Source of the DNA: Planctomycetota bacterium
GTDB lineage: Bacteria; Planctomycetota; UBA8108; SXIK01
Assembly (NCBI GenBank): GCA_965223265.1
Contig: OZ244999.1
Coordinates: 992,001-1,056,000 of the forward strand
Direction: 5' to 3'
DNA length: 64,000 nucleotides
Shown here: positions 51,230-59,491 of the stretch, one piece after another
Position numbering within the stretch: position 1 is the first letter of the stretch
How the letters are laid out: every line of letters starts with the position of its first letter
Position numbers and translations under genes: made by a program
The notes under the pieces: generated by a model
Told to the model about the DNA's origin: nothing
The model's input: only the letters and a program-made list of their open reading frames with translations
Database searches by the model: none

Positions 51230-54031
51230 TTAGTCCGTTCGGAAGACCTTCATCACTTCGTCACCCAGGTGGTTGATGACTTTCACAGCAATGCGCCCGG
51301 ACTTTGGCTTCTCAAACAGCCTCGAAGTGTCGCTGTGAAGCGTTTCCCACGCTTCCTTGTCAATCTCGGCCTTGAGCGTGGTCTTGAGCGCCTTGTATGG
51401 GTCGTTTGCACCGAGGAAGTACGCGTGCCGAACAAAGAAGCTCTCTTCGTTGTAGTCTGTGTCGATGAACCAACACGCAATTCCGTCAGCACCGTCACTT
51501 CGAACCTCACCAGTATTCGGGTGGAAGACGTCAACGCCGTTTATCTTCACCTGAATCTGGCCGTCTTCTGCGTCGAGAATGTCAATGTCAGGCTCGCCGA
51601 AGATGACGAAGAGGTTTCCTTTGCCTGTGTTTTTCAGGTCGTCTGCCATGTGAAGGTCGGCGTTCATTCGTGCCTTGAGAACCGGAATGCGACCAAGCTT
51701 CGAGAATTCTGTTGCGTGCGCTTCGTAGTTGAAGGCGCATGCAACGAGGACATCGAAGTCTGCGTCACCCGCCTCTCTCGCCGCGGCGACAAGGTCTGGC
51801 CTCGTGACAGTGCCAAACTCGGGGCCGACGAGGATTCCGGCTCTCTTCACGCGACCCTCCTCGACCCCTCCCTCTTCGTACCGCCCCTCAGCACAAATGA
51901 ACTGCCCCGGCCACGGCGATACGGAGGTGAATCGGATTCGGTCGGCCTTGTGCGCTTGCTGAACCCCAGAGGTCAGCAAATTCTCGAGGACCGTCTTCGC
52001 GAAATCCGTCGTGTCCTCCTCGCCCGAAGCTCCACTCTTCCGAAGGTCAATGAGTTCGTCGTCTTCGTCGACTCCGAGCACTCTATGCGGAGAGAGGCTT
52101 TCGACAGTGAAGGGACCAGAAACTCGGACCTTCGACTGGTCTTCGTAGGGTTTATCGTAGAGATACTCAAAGTCCGCTTGGGCAGCGATACACGCATCAA
52201 TTGCTTCCTGTCTTGCGATGCGACCGTTCCACCAATCGGCGTGGAGTTTCTTCGCCTCTTCTGACCACTCCTTGTCTGCTTCACGAGGTATTTCCCACTC
52301 TTCCCATTCCTGTTCAATCGCTCGATTGAGCTCTTCCTGCAAGTCTTCCAGGTTTCGGGCAAATCGGTCCCATACCACGTCGATTTCAGCGTTGTTGGCG
52401 ATGGATTTGAGAGTGATGTGTGGAACGCGTTGATAGACGAAACCCTGTCGAATGTCGCCACCAGTAACGGACTCCGGACTGGCTTCTGCCCGTGCAATCT
52501 CAGCCTCTGTTCGCTTACCCTCGCGGCTATCAGACAGAACATAGTACGAGTAGCGGGCTGCCATAACCCGAGCACGAGCGAGAGAAAGTGCAACGCGAGA
52601 CGTGTCAACCGTTATCCATCGGCGACCCCACTGCTCAGCGATGTACGCAGTAGTACCCGAGCCACACGTCGGGTCAAGGACAAGGTCGCCGGGGTCTGTC
52701 ACCATCAGGAGGCAGCGCTGAACAAGTTTCGTGCCGGTTTGAACTACGTATATCTTCTCGTCGGTGAAGCTGCCGGTTCCTGTGTCCTGCCAGACGTTTC
52801 CGATAGCTTGGGCTGGAAAGTCGTTGATGAAGCGTATGTACGTCAAGCTGTTCGCGGCTGGGCGGATACGGTTGGCTTTGAGTAGCCGTTCCATTCCGGT
52901 TTCACCGGTCTTCCAGAATCCTTTTCCGGGTCCGAAAACTCGTCCGTTGACCGTCACCGGAAAACCCCCTGGAGGGCGCTGCGAAGTCATGTTGTCGAAC
53001 CGACACACTCTCTCCGTCATGCCGCGGAGTTTTTGCTCGTCTGAGAGTCTCGTTAGTTCGCCCGCGGAGTTCATTACCCATCGGTACACTCCGGCCTTGT
53101 CGCTCTGCAGCCCCTTCTCCACAAGCGGTTGCCGAAACTTTATGTTTGGTCGACTCTTTGCGTACCAAAGTACGTAGTCGGCCGTCCCAGCAATTAGCTC
53201 TGACGTTTGGCCTGCGGTCTTCACGACCGTCAGAAGGGAGCAGAAGTTCTTCTCTCCGAAGACTTCGTCGAGAAGCGAACGGACCAAGTGAACGTTTTCA
53301 TCGCCAATCTGAACGAAGACTGAGCCGGACTCTGTTAACAGGTCCTGGCATAGCGTTAGGCGGTCTCGAAGATACGTGAGATACGAATGAACTCCGTCCC
53401 TCCACGTGTCTCGAAACGCCTTAACTTGCTCCGGCTCTCGGGTGATGTGCTCGCTCTTTCCGTCGACAACGGTTCTGCTTGTCGTAGACCACTGGAAATT
53501 CGAGTTGAACTTGATACCGTACGGTGGGTCGATGTAAATGCACTGAACCTGCCCGCGCAGTCCTTCCCTTTCTGCAAGCGACGCCATCACCTGGAGGCTA
53601 TCGCCAAGAATCATGCGGTTCGTCCAGTTAGCGTCGTGCTGGTAGAACTCGGTTGAACGAGCCTCGTCCGGAAGACCATTGAAATCTGCAAAGAGGTCAA
53701 GCTGCACGGCTTGTCCTTTGCTTTCTCGCTCCTTCGTCTGACGAACCAAATCGTCGACAAGGACCTTCGGGTGAACCTTCTCCTGGATAAAGAGCGGCGG
53801 AGCCTGGACGACGAGGTCAGACCAATCCTGCGCGTCCTTCCCGCGCCAAACAAGCTGTGGGTCGAGGTCACGGTTTCTGCGCTCGTACGCGACCCGTATT
53901 GGGCTTTCGTCTTCTTTCGCCATCACCGACTGAAATTCTGCAGTCGGAATATTCTTCCGCGAAGCCTCGTCATGAGTAAGCGTTTCGACCGTCTTCTTTC
54001 CCGCGGTCTTCTTTCGGGTCTTTCTTGCCAT
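51230..54031 (-). CDS. mod: Type III RM methyltransferase (Mod)
   Basis: IYIDPPY and VLDPTCGSGTT in beta-class order. RBS GAGGAG before MARKT. Adjacent to res. Confidence 0.9.
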   Translation of the reverse strand: MARKTRKKTAGKKTVETLTHDEASRKNIPTAEFQSVMAKEDESPIRVAYERRNRDLDPQLVWRGKDAQDWSDLVVQAPPLFIQEKVHPKVLVDDLVRQTKERESKGQAVQLDLFADFNGLPDEARSTEFYQHDANWTNRMILGDSLQVMASLAEREGLRGQVQCIYIDPPYGIKFNSNFQWSTTSRTVVDGKSEHITREPEQVKAFRDTWRDGVHSYLTYLRDRLTLCQDLLTESGSVFVQIGDENVHLVRSLLDEVFGEKNFCSLLTVVKTAGQTSELIAGTADYVLWYAKSRPNIKFRQPLVEKGLQSDKAGVYRWVMNSAGELTRLSDEQKLRGMTERVCRFDNMTSQRPPGGFPVTVNGRVFGPGKGFWKTGETGMERLLKANRIRPAANSLTYIRFINDFPAQAIGNVWQDTGTGSFTDEKIYVVQTGTKLVQRCLLMVTDPGDLVLDPTCGSGTTAYIAEQWGRRWITVDTSRVALSLARARVMAARYSYYVLSDSREGKRTEAEIARAEASPESVTGGDIRQGFVYQRVPHITLKSIANNAEIDVVWDRFARNLEDLQEELNRAIEQEWEEWEIPREADKEWSEEAKKLHADWWNGRIARQEAIDACIAAQADFEYLYDKPYEDQSKVRVSGPFTVESLSPHRVLGVDEDDELIDLRKSGASGEEDTTDFAKTVLENLLTSGVQQAHKADRIRFTSVSPWPGQFICAEGRYEEGGVEEGRVKRAGILVGPEFGTVTRPDLVAAAREAGDADFDVLVACAFNYEAHATEFSKLGRIPVLKARMNADLHMADDLKNTGKGNLFVIFGEPDIDILDAEDGQIQVKINGVDVFHPNTGEVRSDGADGIACWFIDTDYNEESFFVRHAYFLGANDPYKALKTTLKAEIDKEAWETLHSDTSRLFEKPKSGRIAVKVINHLGDEVMKVFRTD

Positions 54032-54041
54032 TTGCGCTCCT

Positions 54042-57000
54042 CTACACCGCTGCCTCGGCTGCGCCGCTCTCAATCGCTTGCTCGACCATCGCGTCAAACT
54101 TCTCTTTCACCTTCGCCTCAAAGTCGGACTCCATCTCAAAGACGTCCGTGAACTCAGCGAACGCCCACCGGCCGTAGGTCTTGAGGTTGTTAACACCAGG
54201 AACCCAATAGGTCTCCATGGTGGACTTCTTTTCTTTCGCGTCTTCTCGTCGGTAGCCCTTAATCTCAACCACCAACTGAAGCAGGTCGTCCTCGCCGTGC
54301 CCGTCGTCAATGAGCACGACGAAATCCGGAAAGTACTTGCGTGTTTCTGAGCCGTAGCGGTACGGAACCTCGAGGCCAAGGCTGTGGTTCTTTACGTAGG
54401 CCTTTACCTGAGCGTGCGCTTCCGCGACGCGGCAGAACTCAGCCTCCCAATCGCTATCGCAGACAACCCAGTTCACATGACACCGATTGGGTGCAGTCTC
54501 CCAACGGGTCTTCTTCGACGTATTGAAACTCACGTGGGTCGTGCTTCCCGTCGGATTGTACGGGTCGAGCACGGCCTTAATCGGCCGCTCACCAACAAGC
54601 TTCCTCGTGATTCCGGCGGTAACTCTCTCGCACGCCATGTCAGCAAGCGACTGATACATGAGCTGCGCGGGAAAAGTGCCGCCCTTACAGACGAGGTGGT
54701 TGTCGAGCCACTGCCGAGTGATTCGCTTTAGCTGCCCAAAGAGGTGAAGCTTCGGTTCCTCGCCAGGGTCTCGCCACTTTGTGTAGAGAAGTCGCTGCGT
54801 GAGATGAAACAGCAGAGTCGAGCGGCGAAGGTCACCTGTGTGAACGAGGTTTAGGTCTACGCCCTCCCCGATGATTCCTTCGTTCCGGGTCTTTGACGGT
54901 CCAATCACGTCGGGCGTAAGTTCCAGAGTCGAGTCTTCGTTGAACGCCGCCGTGAGTCGCTCTTCCGGAAGCTCAACTCGATACCCTTCAACTCGCGGAA
55001 ACTGAATCTCGCAGTCATCCCGGTCCGGTCGAATTGCCCTTACGTGAACGGATTCTCGTGGAGGCTGCGGGGGAGCGACAACGGGTTTCGCGGTGAAGTC
55101 GAACGGGATGCCGAGAACGTCAGCGTATTCGACGTTGAAGAGTCCCGCTTCGTTTAGGTCGTACGACTGACGCCTAAGAGCTCGTCCGATTACCTGCTCG
55201 CAAAGAAGTTGCGTTCCAAAGGCTCTAACTCCAAGCACGTGCGTGACCGTGTTCGCGTCCCAGCCTTCTGTGAGCATGGAGACAGATACCACGCAGCGAA
55301 TTGATTCGCCCAGGCGACCCTGCTTCCCTACCGTGTTCATCACTTCGCGCAGAAGCTCCTGGTCGGTAATCTTCTCCGCTTGGTGTCGGTCACCGGTGCG
55401 CTCTATTATTTCGCGACGAAACCGCTCGATTTCGTCCTGCGCCATGTCACGGAAATTTTTGTCGAGCGCGTCTCCTGACTCGAGTTGCTCGCTGTCAATG
55501 AGAAGTGTCCGCGGCCGAGCCAACCGGTCGCCGTGCTCATTAAAGTTGCGAAAGAGTTCGAATCGCCCATTCTCGAGCGTGCTTGAACCGTCTTCGTGCT
55601 CTCGGTAGAAACCAGAGATGTAATCGTGGACGAGCTTTGACGTCGAGGTGTTGTTACAGACCACGATGAAGCAGGGTGGTACCCGAATGCCTTCTTCTTC
55701 CCACAGCTCGTAGGTCTTCTTGTAGTGCCCGTAGAGTGCCTCGAGTGCTGTCTGGAGTTCGACAGGAATGCTAAGCGGGTCAAGGGTCTTGCCCTTCCCT
55801 CGTCCCTTCTTTGGCATCTTTGGCCGAATATGCTCCCAGAGGTTCCTGAACTTTGGCATCTCGCCGCCAGGAATGTTGTCAGCTACCGGAACTCGCGGAA
55901 GCTTAACGATGCCGCACTCAATCGCGTCCATGAGCGAGAAGTCACTCATGGTCCATGGAAATAGAGTTCCCTCCGCGTATCCGGAGCCGCGGAGAAAGAA
56001 CGGTGTAGCTGAGAGGTCAACCACACGGGCGATACCGAGCTTCTTCCCGACAGCCTCGAGGCCAGAAATCCACAGGCGGGCTGCCTCTCGGTTCTTCTCT
56101 GCTTCTTTCCTGTCGTCACCCTTCAGGTCACCTTCTGCGTCTTCGCCCGGCTTCTCACGGTAACAGTGGTGCGCCTCGTCGTTTAGCACCATCACGTGTT
56201 TCATGCCCATGAGGCCTGGCATGACCCGCTGAAGCATCTGGCCTTCGGTTTCAACGGTGCTCAGAGGCTCGCCGCGTCCCTGAAGTAGTGAACGCCCTCC
56301 CTTTGAAAGCTCAAGCGTCTCCCGGAGCTTAAAGGCATGGTAATTCGTAATGACGATTCTCGCCTTCCCGAGGTCGCCAAGCATGTCGTTTGGTATGAGT
56401 TCACGACTCTCGTAGTAGCTATCCGGGTCGTTTGGTTGAAGCACCCGCAACCGGTCGCGAATGGTTAGGCCAGGCGCGACAACCAAGAAGCCACGTGTGA
56501 ACTTCTTGCTACTTGGGCGACGCACAGCGTTGACTGTCTGCCAGGCGATAATCATCGCCATGACGGTCGTTTTTCCTGCGCCAGTTGCAAGTTTGAGGGC
56601 GAGGCGAGGTAGCCCAGGATTCGCCACTTCGTTAGCTTGCTCCAGCTGCTCTACAAACGCTCTGTGTGCCTTCTTCTTTGGCGCAACCTCTGTCAACCAT
56701 ATCAGTGTCTCTACCGCTTCTACCTGGCAGAAGAACGGTCGGATATCGCTAAAGCGATGGTGGCGCCAGTGTTGAAGTAGCCGCGCTGTTTCTGGCGTTA
56801 CGCCCCAGACGCTTGGATTCGGTAATGCTCTCCACTTCTCAACGTGGTTGCGTACCGCGTTGATGACTGGGTTTGGGTCGTACTGCTGCTCGTCGGTCGA
56901 GAGTCCCTTGCCTTCGTCGAATACGAACTCCTTCTGGCCGGACTTCCCTTTCCGTTTCTTAGGCTTCGGAATGGGTGTGATGAATTCAGCCAGTCGACGC

Positions 57001-57110
57001 GTTTCAATGACTCTCTGCGTCGGTTGGCCGTTCGGGTCGAGCTCCCAGTGCTTCGCTGGGTACTCATAAGGGGAATTCAGAATCGGTGCCTCGAAGAAGG
57101 ACTCGTTCAT
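54042..57110 (-). CDS. res: Type III RM restriction subunit (BPTD_3080-like Res)
   Basis: ATGAGKT, DEAHH, SATP, MLTEGWD, EQVIGRALR, C-terminal PDF...VEIKG nuclease motif. Confidence 0.9.
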   Translation of the reverse strand: MNESFFEAPILNSPYEYPAKHWELDPNGQPTQRVIETRRLAEFITPIPKPKKRKGKSGQKEFVFDEGKGLSTDEQQYDPNPVINAVRNHVEKWRALPNPSVWGVTPETARLLQHWRHHRFSDIRPFFCQVEAVETLIWLTEVAPKKKAHRAFVEQLEQANEVANPGLPRLALKLATGAGKTTVMAMIIAWQTVNAVRRPSSKKFTRGFLVVAPGLTIRDRLRVLQPNDPDSYYESRELIPNDMLGDLGKARIVITNYHAFKLRETLELSKGGRSLLQGRGEPLSTVETEGQMLQRVMPGLMGMKHVMVLNDEAHHCYREKPGEDAEGDLKGDDRKEAEKNREAARLWISGLEAVGKKLGIARVVDLSATPFFLRGSGYAEGTLFPWTMSDFSLMDAIECGIVKLPRVPVADNIPGGEMPKFRNLWEHIRPKMPKKGRGKGKTLDPLSIPVELQTALEALYGHYKKTYELWEEEGIRVPPCFIVVCNNTSTSKLVHDYISGFYREHEDGSSTLENGRFELFRNFNEHGDRLARPRTLLIDSEQLESGDALDKNFRDMAQDEIERFRREIIERTGDRHQAEKITDQELLREVMNTVGKQGRLGESIRCVVSVSMLTEGWDANTVTHVLGVRAFGTQLLCEQVIGRALRRQSYDLNEAGLFNVEYADVLGIPFDFTAKPVVAPPQPPRESVHVRAIRPDRDDCEIQFPRVEGYRVELPEERLTAAFNEDSTLELTPDVIGPSKTRNEGIIGEGVDLNLVHTGDLRRSTLLFHLTQRLLYTKWRDPGEEPKLHLFGQLKRITRQWLDNHLVCKGGTFPAQLMYQSLADMACERVTAGITRKLVGERPIKAVLDPYNPTGSTTHVSFNTSKKTRWETAPNRCHVNWVVCDSDWEAEFCRVAEAHAQVKAYVKNHSLGLEVPYRYGSETRKYFPDFVVLIDDGHGEDDLLQLVVEIKGYRREDAKEKKSTMETYWVPGVNNLKTYGRWAFAEFTDVFEMESDFEAKVKEKFDAMVEQAIESGAAEAAV

Positions 57111-57169
57111 GTTCTAATCCCCCGAGTTCTCTCTGCACTCAGCAGCGCACGCAAGCTTGCCGAATCCAG

Positions 57170-57361
57170 CTACTTGTCCCTTCCGTTCTCTCCCGTTGAC
57201 TCAAGCCACCGGTCGATTGCCCCGCGGCTAAACCGCCACTGGCGTCCAACTTTCTGGCCCGGAATCCGTGACGCTTGCGCCAACTTGTAGAGTGTTGACT
57301 TCGGTATGCGAAGGTACCGAGCAAGCTCCTCGATGGTCAGGACGTCCTTTTGTCGCGCCAC
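57170..57361 (-). CDS. Excisionase-like HTH_17 DNA-binding protein
   Basis: LTIEELARYLRIPKSTLYKLA...IPGQKVGRQWRF..IDRWL. Confidence 0.88.
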   Translation of the reverse strand: MARQKDVLTIEELARYLRIPKSTLYKLAQASRIPGQKVGRQWRFSRGAIDRWLESTGENGRDK

Positions 57362-57658
57362 GTCACTCTGGCCGCGTGTGGTCCGATTCTGCGGTAAACG
57401 CGCCTCATCGGATCACACGCGGCCAAAATGTCAACAGATGACAGCAATTGGCGAATATTCGACTCTTTTGCGCCCCAGCGGGCGCTGGGTGTGTAACAAC
57501 ACCCCGCCGTATGTGGGCCCCGTGGGCCGGTCTGCCCCGATTATCTTAAGAACGCGAACCGTGAGACACTTGCCGTAGACAAGGTAGGTCGATACACGGA
57601 TTTCGCATGGGGTTTTTGTGGGAAGCAACCACGTCCTTTTTTCACAGGAGACTTCGCA

Positions 57659-58057
57659 ATGTCGAACTTCAACAAAGTCATTCTCATGGGTCGTCTCACC
57701 GCTACGCCCGAGCTCCGCTACACGCCGGGTCGCACCGCTGTCACCGACGTGTCTCTCGCCATCAACCGCAAGTACCGCGCCGGTGGCGAGGGCGGCGAGC
57801 TCAAGGACGAGGTGACCTTCGTTGACGTCACGTACTGGGGCAAGCAGGCAGAAACGCTCTGCCAGTACCTGAGAAAGGGTGCGCCGCTTCACGTCGAGGG
57901 CCGCCTCTCGCTCGACCAGTGGGAGGACAGCGACGGCAAGAACCGTCAGAAGCTGAAGGTCACGGGCGAGAGCTTTCAATTCCTCGGGTCGTCAGGCAAC
58001 GAGAACCGCGAGGCTGCGGACGCCACCGCCCAGGAAGCCGCTACCGCTGGGGTGTAG
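57659..58057 (+). CDS. ssb: Single-stranded DNA-binding protein
   Basis: NKVILMGRLT..PELRYTP, YLRKG..VEGRL...W, RBS AGGAG. No DDxPF tail. Confidence 0.93.
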   Translation: MSNFNKVILMGRLTATPELRYTPGRTAVTDVSLAINRKYRAGGEGGELKDEVTFVDVTYWGKQAETLCQYLRKGAPLHVEGRLSLDQWEDSDGKNRQKLKVTGESFQFLGSSGNENREAADATAQEAATAGV

Positions 58058-58208
58058 TCCCGGCACACTTCAGTAGGGAAGTCCCTTCGCATGGACTTGT
58101 GGGGTGACGCGTTGTCACCCCGCCCTACCTTGTCTATCTCTTAAAAAGTTTCCGTATCTGTAAAGCTCTCTACTTCCGGGCGGGGCGTCCTCGGCGAGAG
58201 CTCCACCC

Positions 58209-59198
58209 TCAAAGCTCACCAGCTGCAAGCCGCTTCTTCCAGCGAAAGTACGTGGCACGGTTGTAGCCACCGTCGCGGCCTGGTCGCAGTCCACGTGTCC
58301 GTTCAGAAAAAAGCGCCGCCTTCTCGTCTTCTTGAAGGTCTTCGCTCTCAAGTATCTCAAGAAACAGCGCGCGAGCCTTGGCTCGTGGATTCTGGGCGAG
58401 AGCTGTTTCGGCCACAGCACCGCGACGCCGTGCGAGATTGTCAAGCTCACGCGACAAACGCTGCGGCTTTCGCTTGAAGTCCTTCCACGCGATAAGAGCG
58501 TGCTCAAGCTTTCGCAAGTCGGTGACGTGCCTTGCCTCAAGCTCGTCAATGACTCTCTCGCAATCCCGGCGCGCGATTCTTACTTCCCTGCCCTTCTTGC
58601 CGTCCCAAATCGCGTAGCCGTTTCGTCGAACCATGACCTCCCGCATGAACGCATAGACGTCAGTTGGCTCGACGGAGAATTCCACCGTCGGGATTCTCGT
58701 TAGAAGTGCTTCTACAATCGGGTCGTTCTCGCGGGGGATTCGGTTTCCAACGAGCACAATTCCGCCGCGATACTCGAAACGTTCAGGAACGCCGATATCA
58801 CGAGAGGTCGAGTAGGTAACGACACGTCTTCGCCTTCCCCCAGGGAGCTTCTTTCCCCAGAGCGCGGACCGGAGAATCCCAACTGAGACCTCCTGCTTGT
58901 AGACCTGCTCGATATCGTCAAGAAGCAGAAGCGGCTGCTCGCGGTGGGCGTAAAGCGTCTGGTAGAGCGCAAGCGGAGTGATATGGCTGTTCTTTCCCTT
59001 CTCTGCGAAATCGACCTTGTGCTTCTCAAGAAGAGTCTCAATCGTGTGGGTTTTCCCTACGCCTCCTGGACCCACCACTGCGAGGCCAGAGCATGTGCCC
59101 TCGAGCACCTTCTCTGCCCAGTACGACGCAGAGTCCTGGAGTTCTACGATTCGCAGCGCCTTCTTCTGACGCAAGGAGTTGCTTGTTGCTCGAACCAT
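58209..59198 (-). CDS. Phage-type P-loop/AAA ATPase with a C-terminal HTH-like segment
   Basis: GPGGVGKT, TPLALYQTLY, LLLLDDIE, FEYRGGIVLVGN, ALLTR, tail YNRATYFRWKKRL. Start is uncertain. Confidence 0.75.
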   Translation of the reverse strand: MVRATSNSLRQKKALRIVELQDSASYWAEKVLEGTCSGLAVVGPGGVGKTHTIETLLEKHKVDFAEKGKNSHITPLALYQTLYAHREQPLLLLDDIEQVYKQEVSVGILRSALWGKKLPGGRRRRVVTYSTSRDIGVPERFEYRGGIVLVGNRIPRENDPIVEALLTRIPTVEFSVEPTDVYAFMREVMVRRNGYAIWDGKKGREVRIARRDCERVIDELEARHVTDLRKLEHALIAWKDFKRKPQRLSRELDNLARRRGAVAETALAQNPRAKARALFLEILESEDLQEDEKAALFSERTRGLRPGRDGGYNRATYFRWKKRLAAGEL

Positions 59199-59491
59199 CG
59201 GAACCGAACCACCCGAAGAGAGAATCGGACGAGGGAGCATACGTTGTGCCACGAGGGAGCTCAAGCGACTTTTGCGACTTTTTGTCCAAACGACTTCTGC
59301 GACAATTGCGCCTACGGCGATGGGATTGCGGGCTACGGTGGATTCGGGTCGCAATCGTCGCAAGTCGCATGCGACGACAAAGCGACTCGACGGAAGCCAC
59401 ATGAACGGGGAAGCCGCCGTTTTTCGCATAGAGCAACTTTCGCCGCTCGTGAGGCTCGGCTGCCAGAAGGTAGAGGCTCTGCGTCGAGTAG

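Noticed and set aside
51167-52264. 365-aa plus-strand ORF
   Set aside because: Antisense shadow of mod, with no recognisable motifs.
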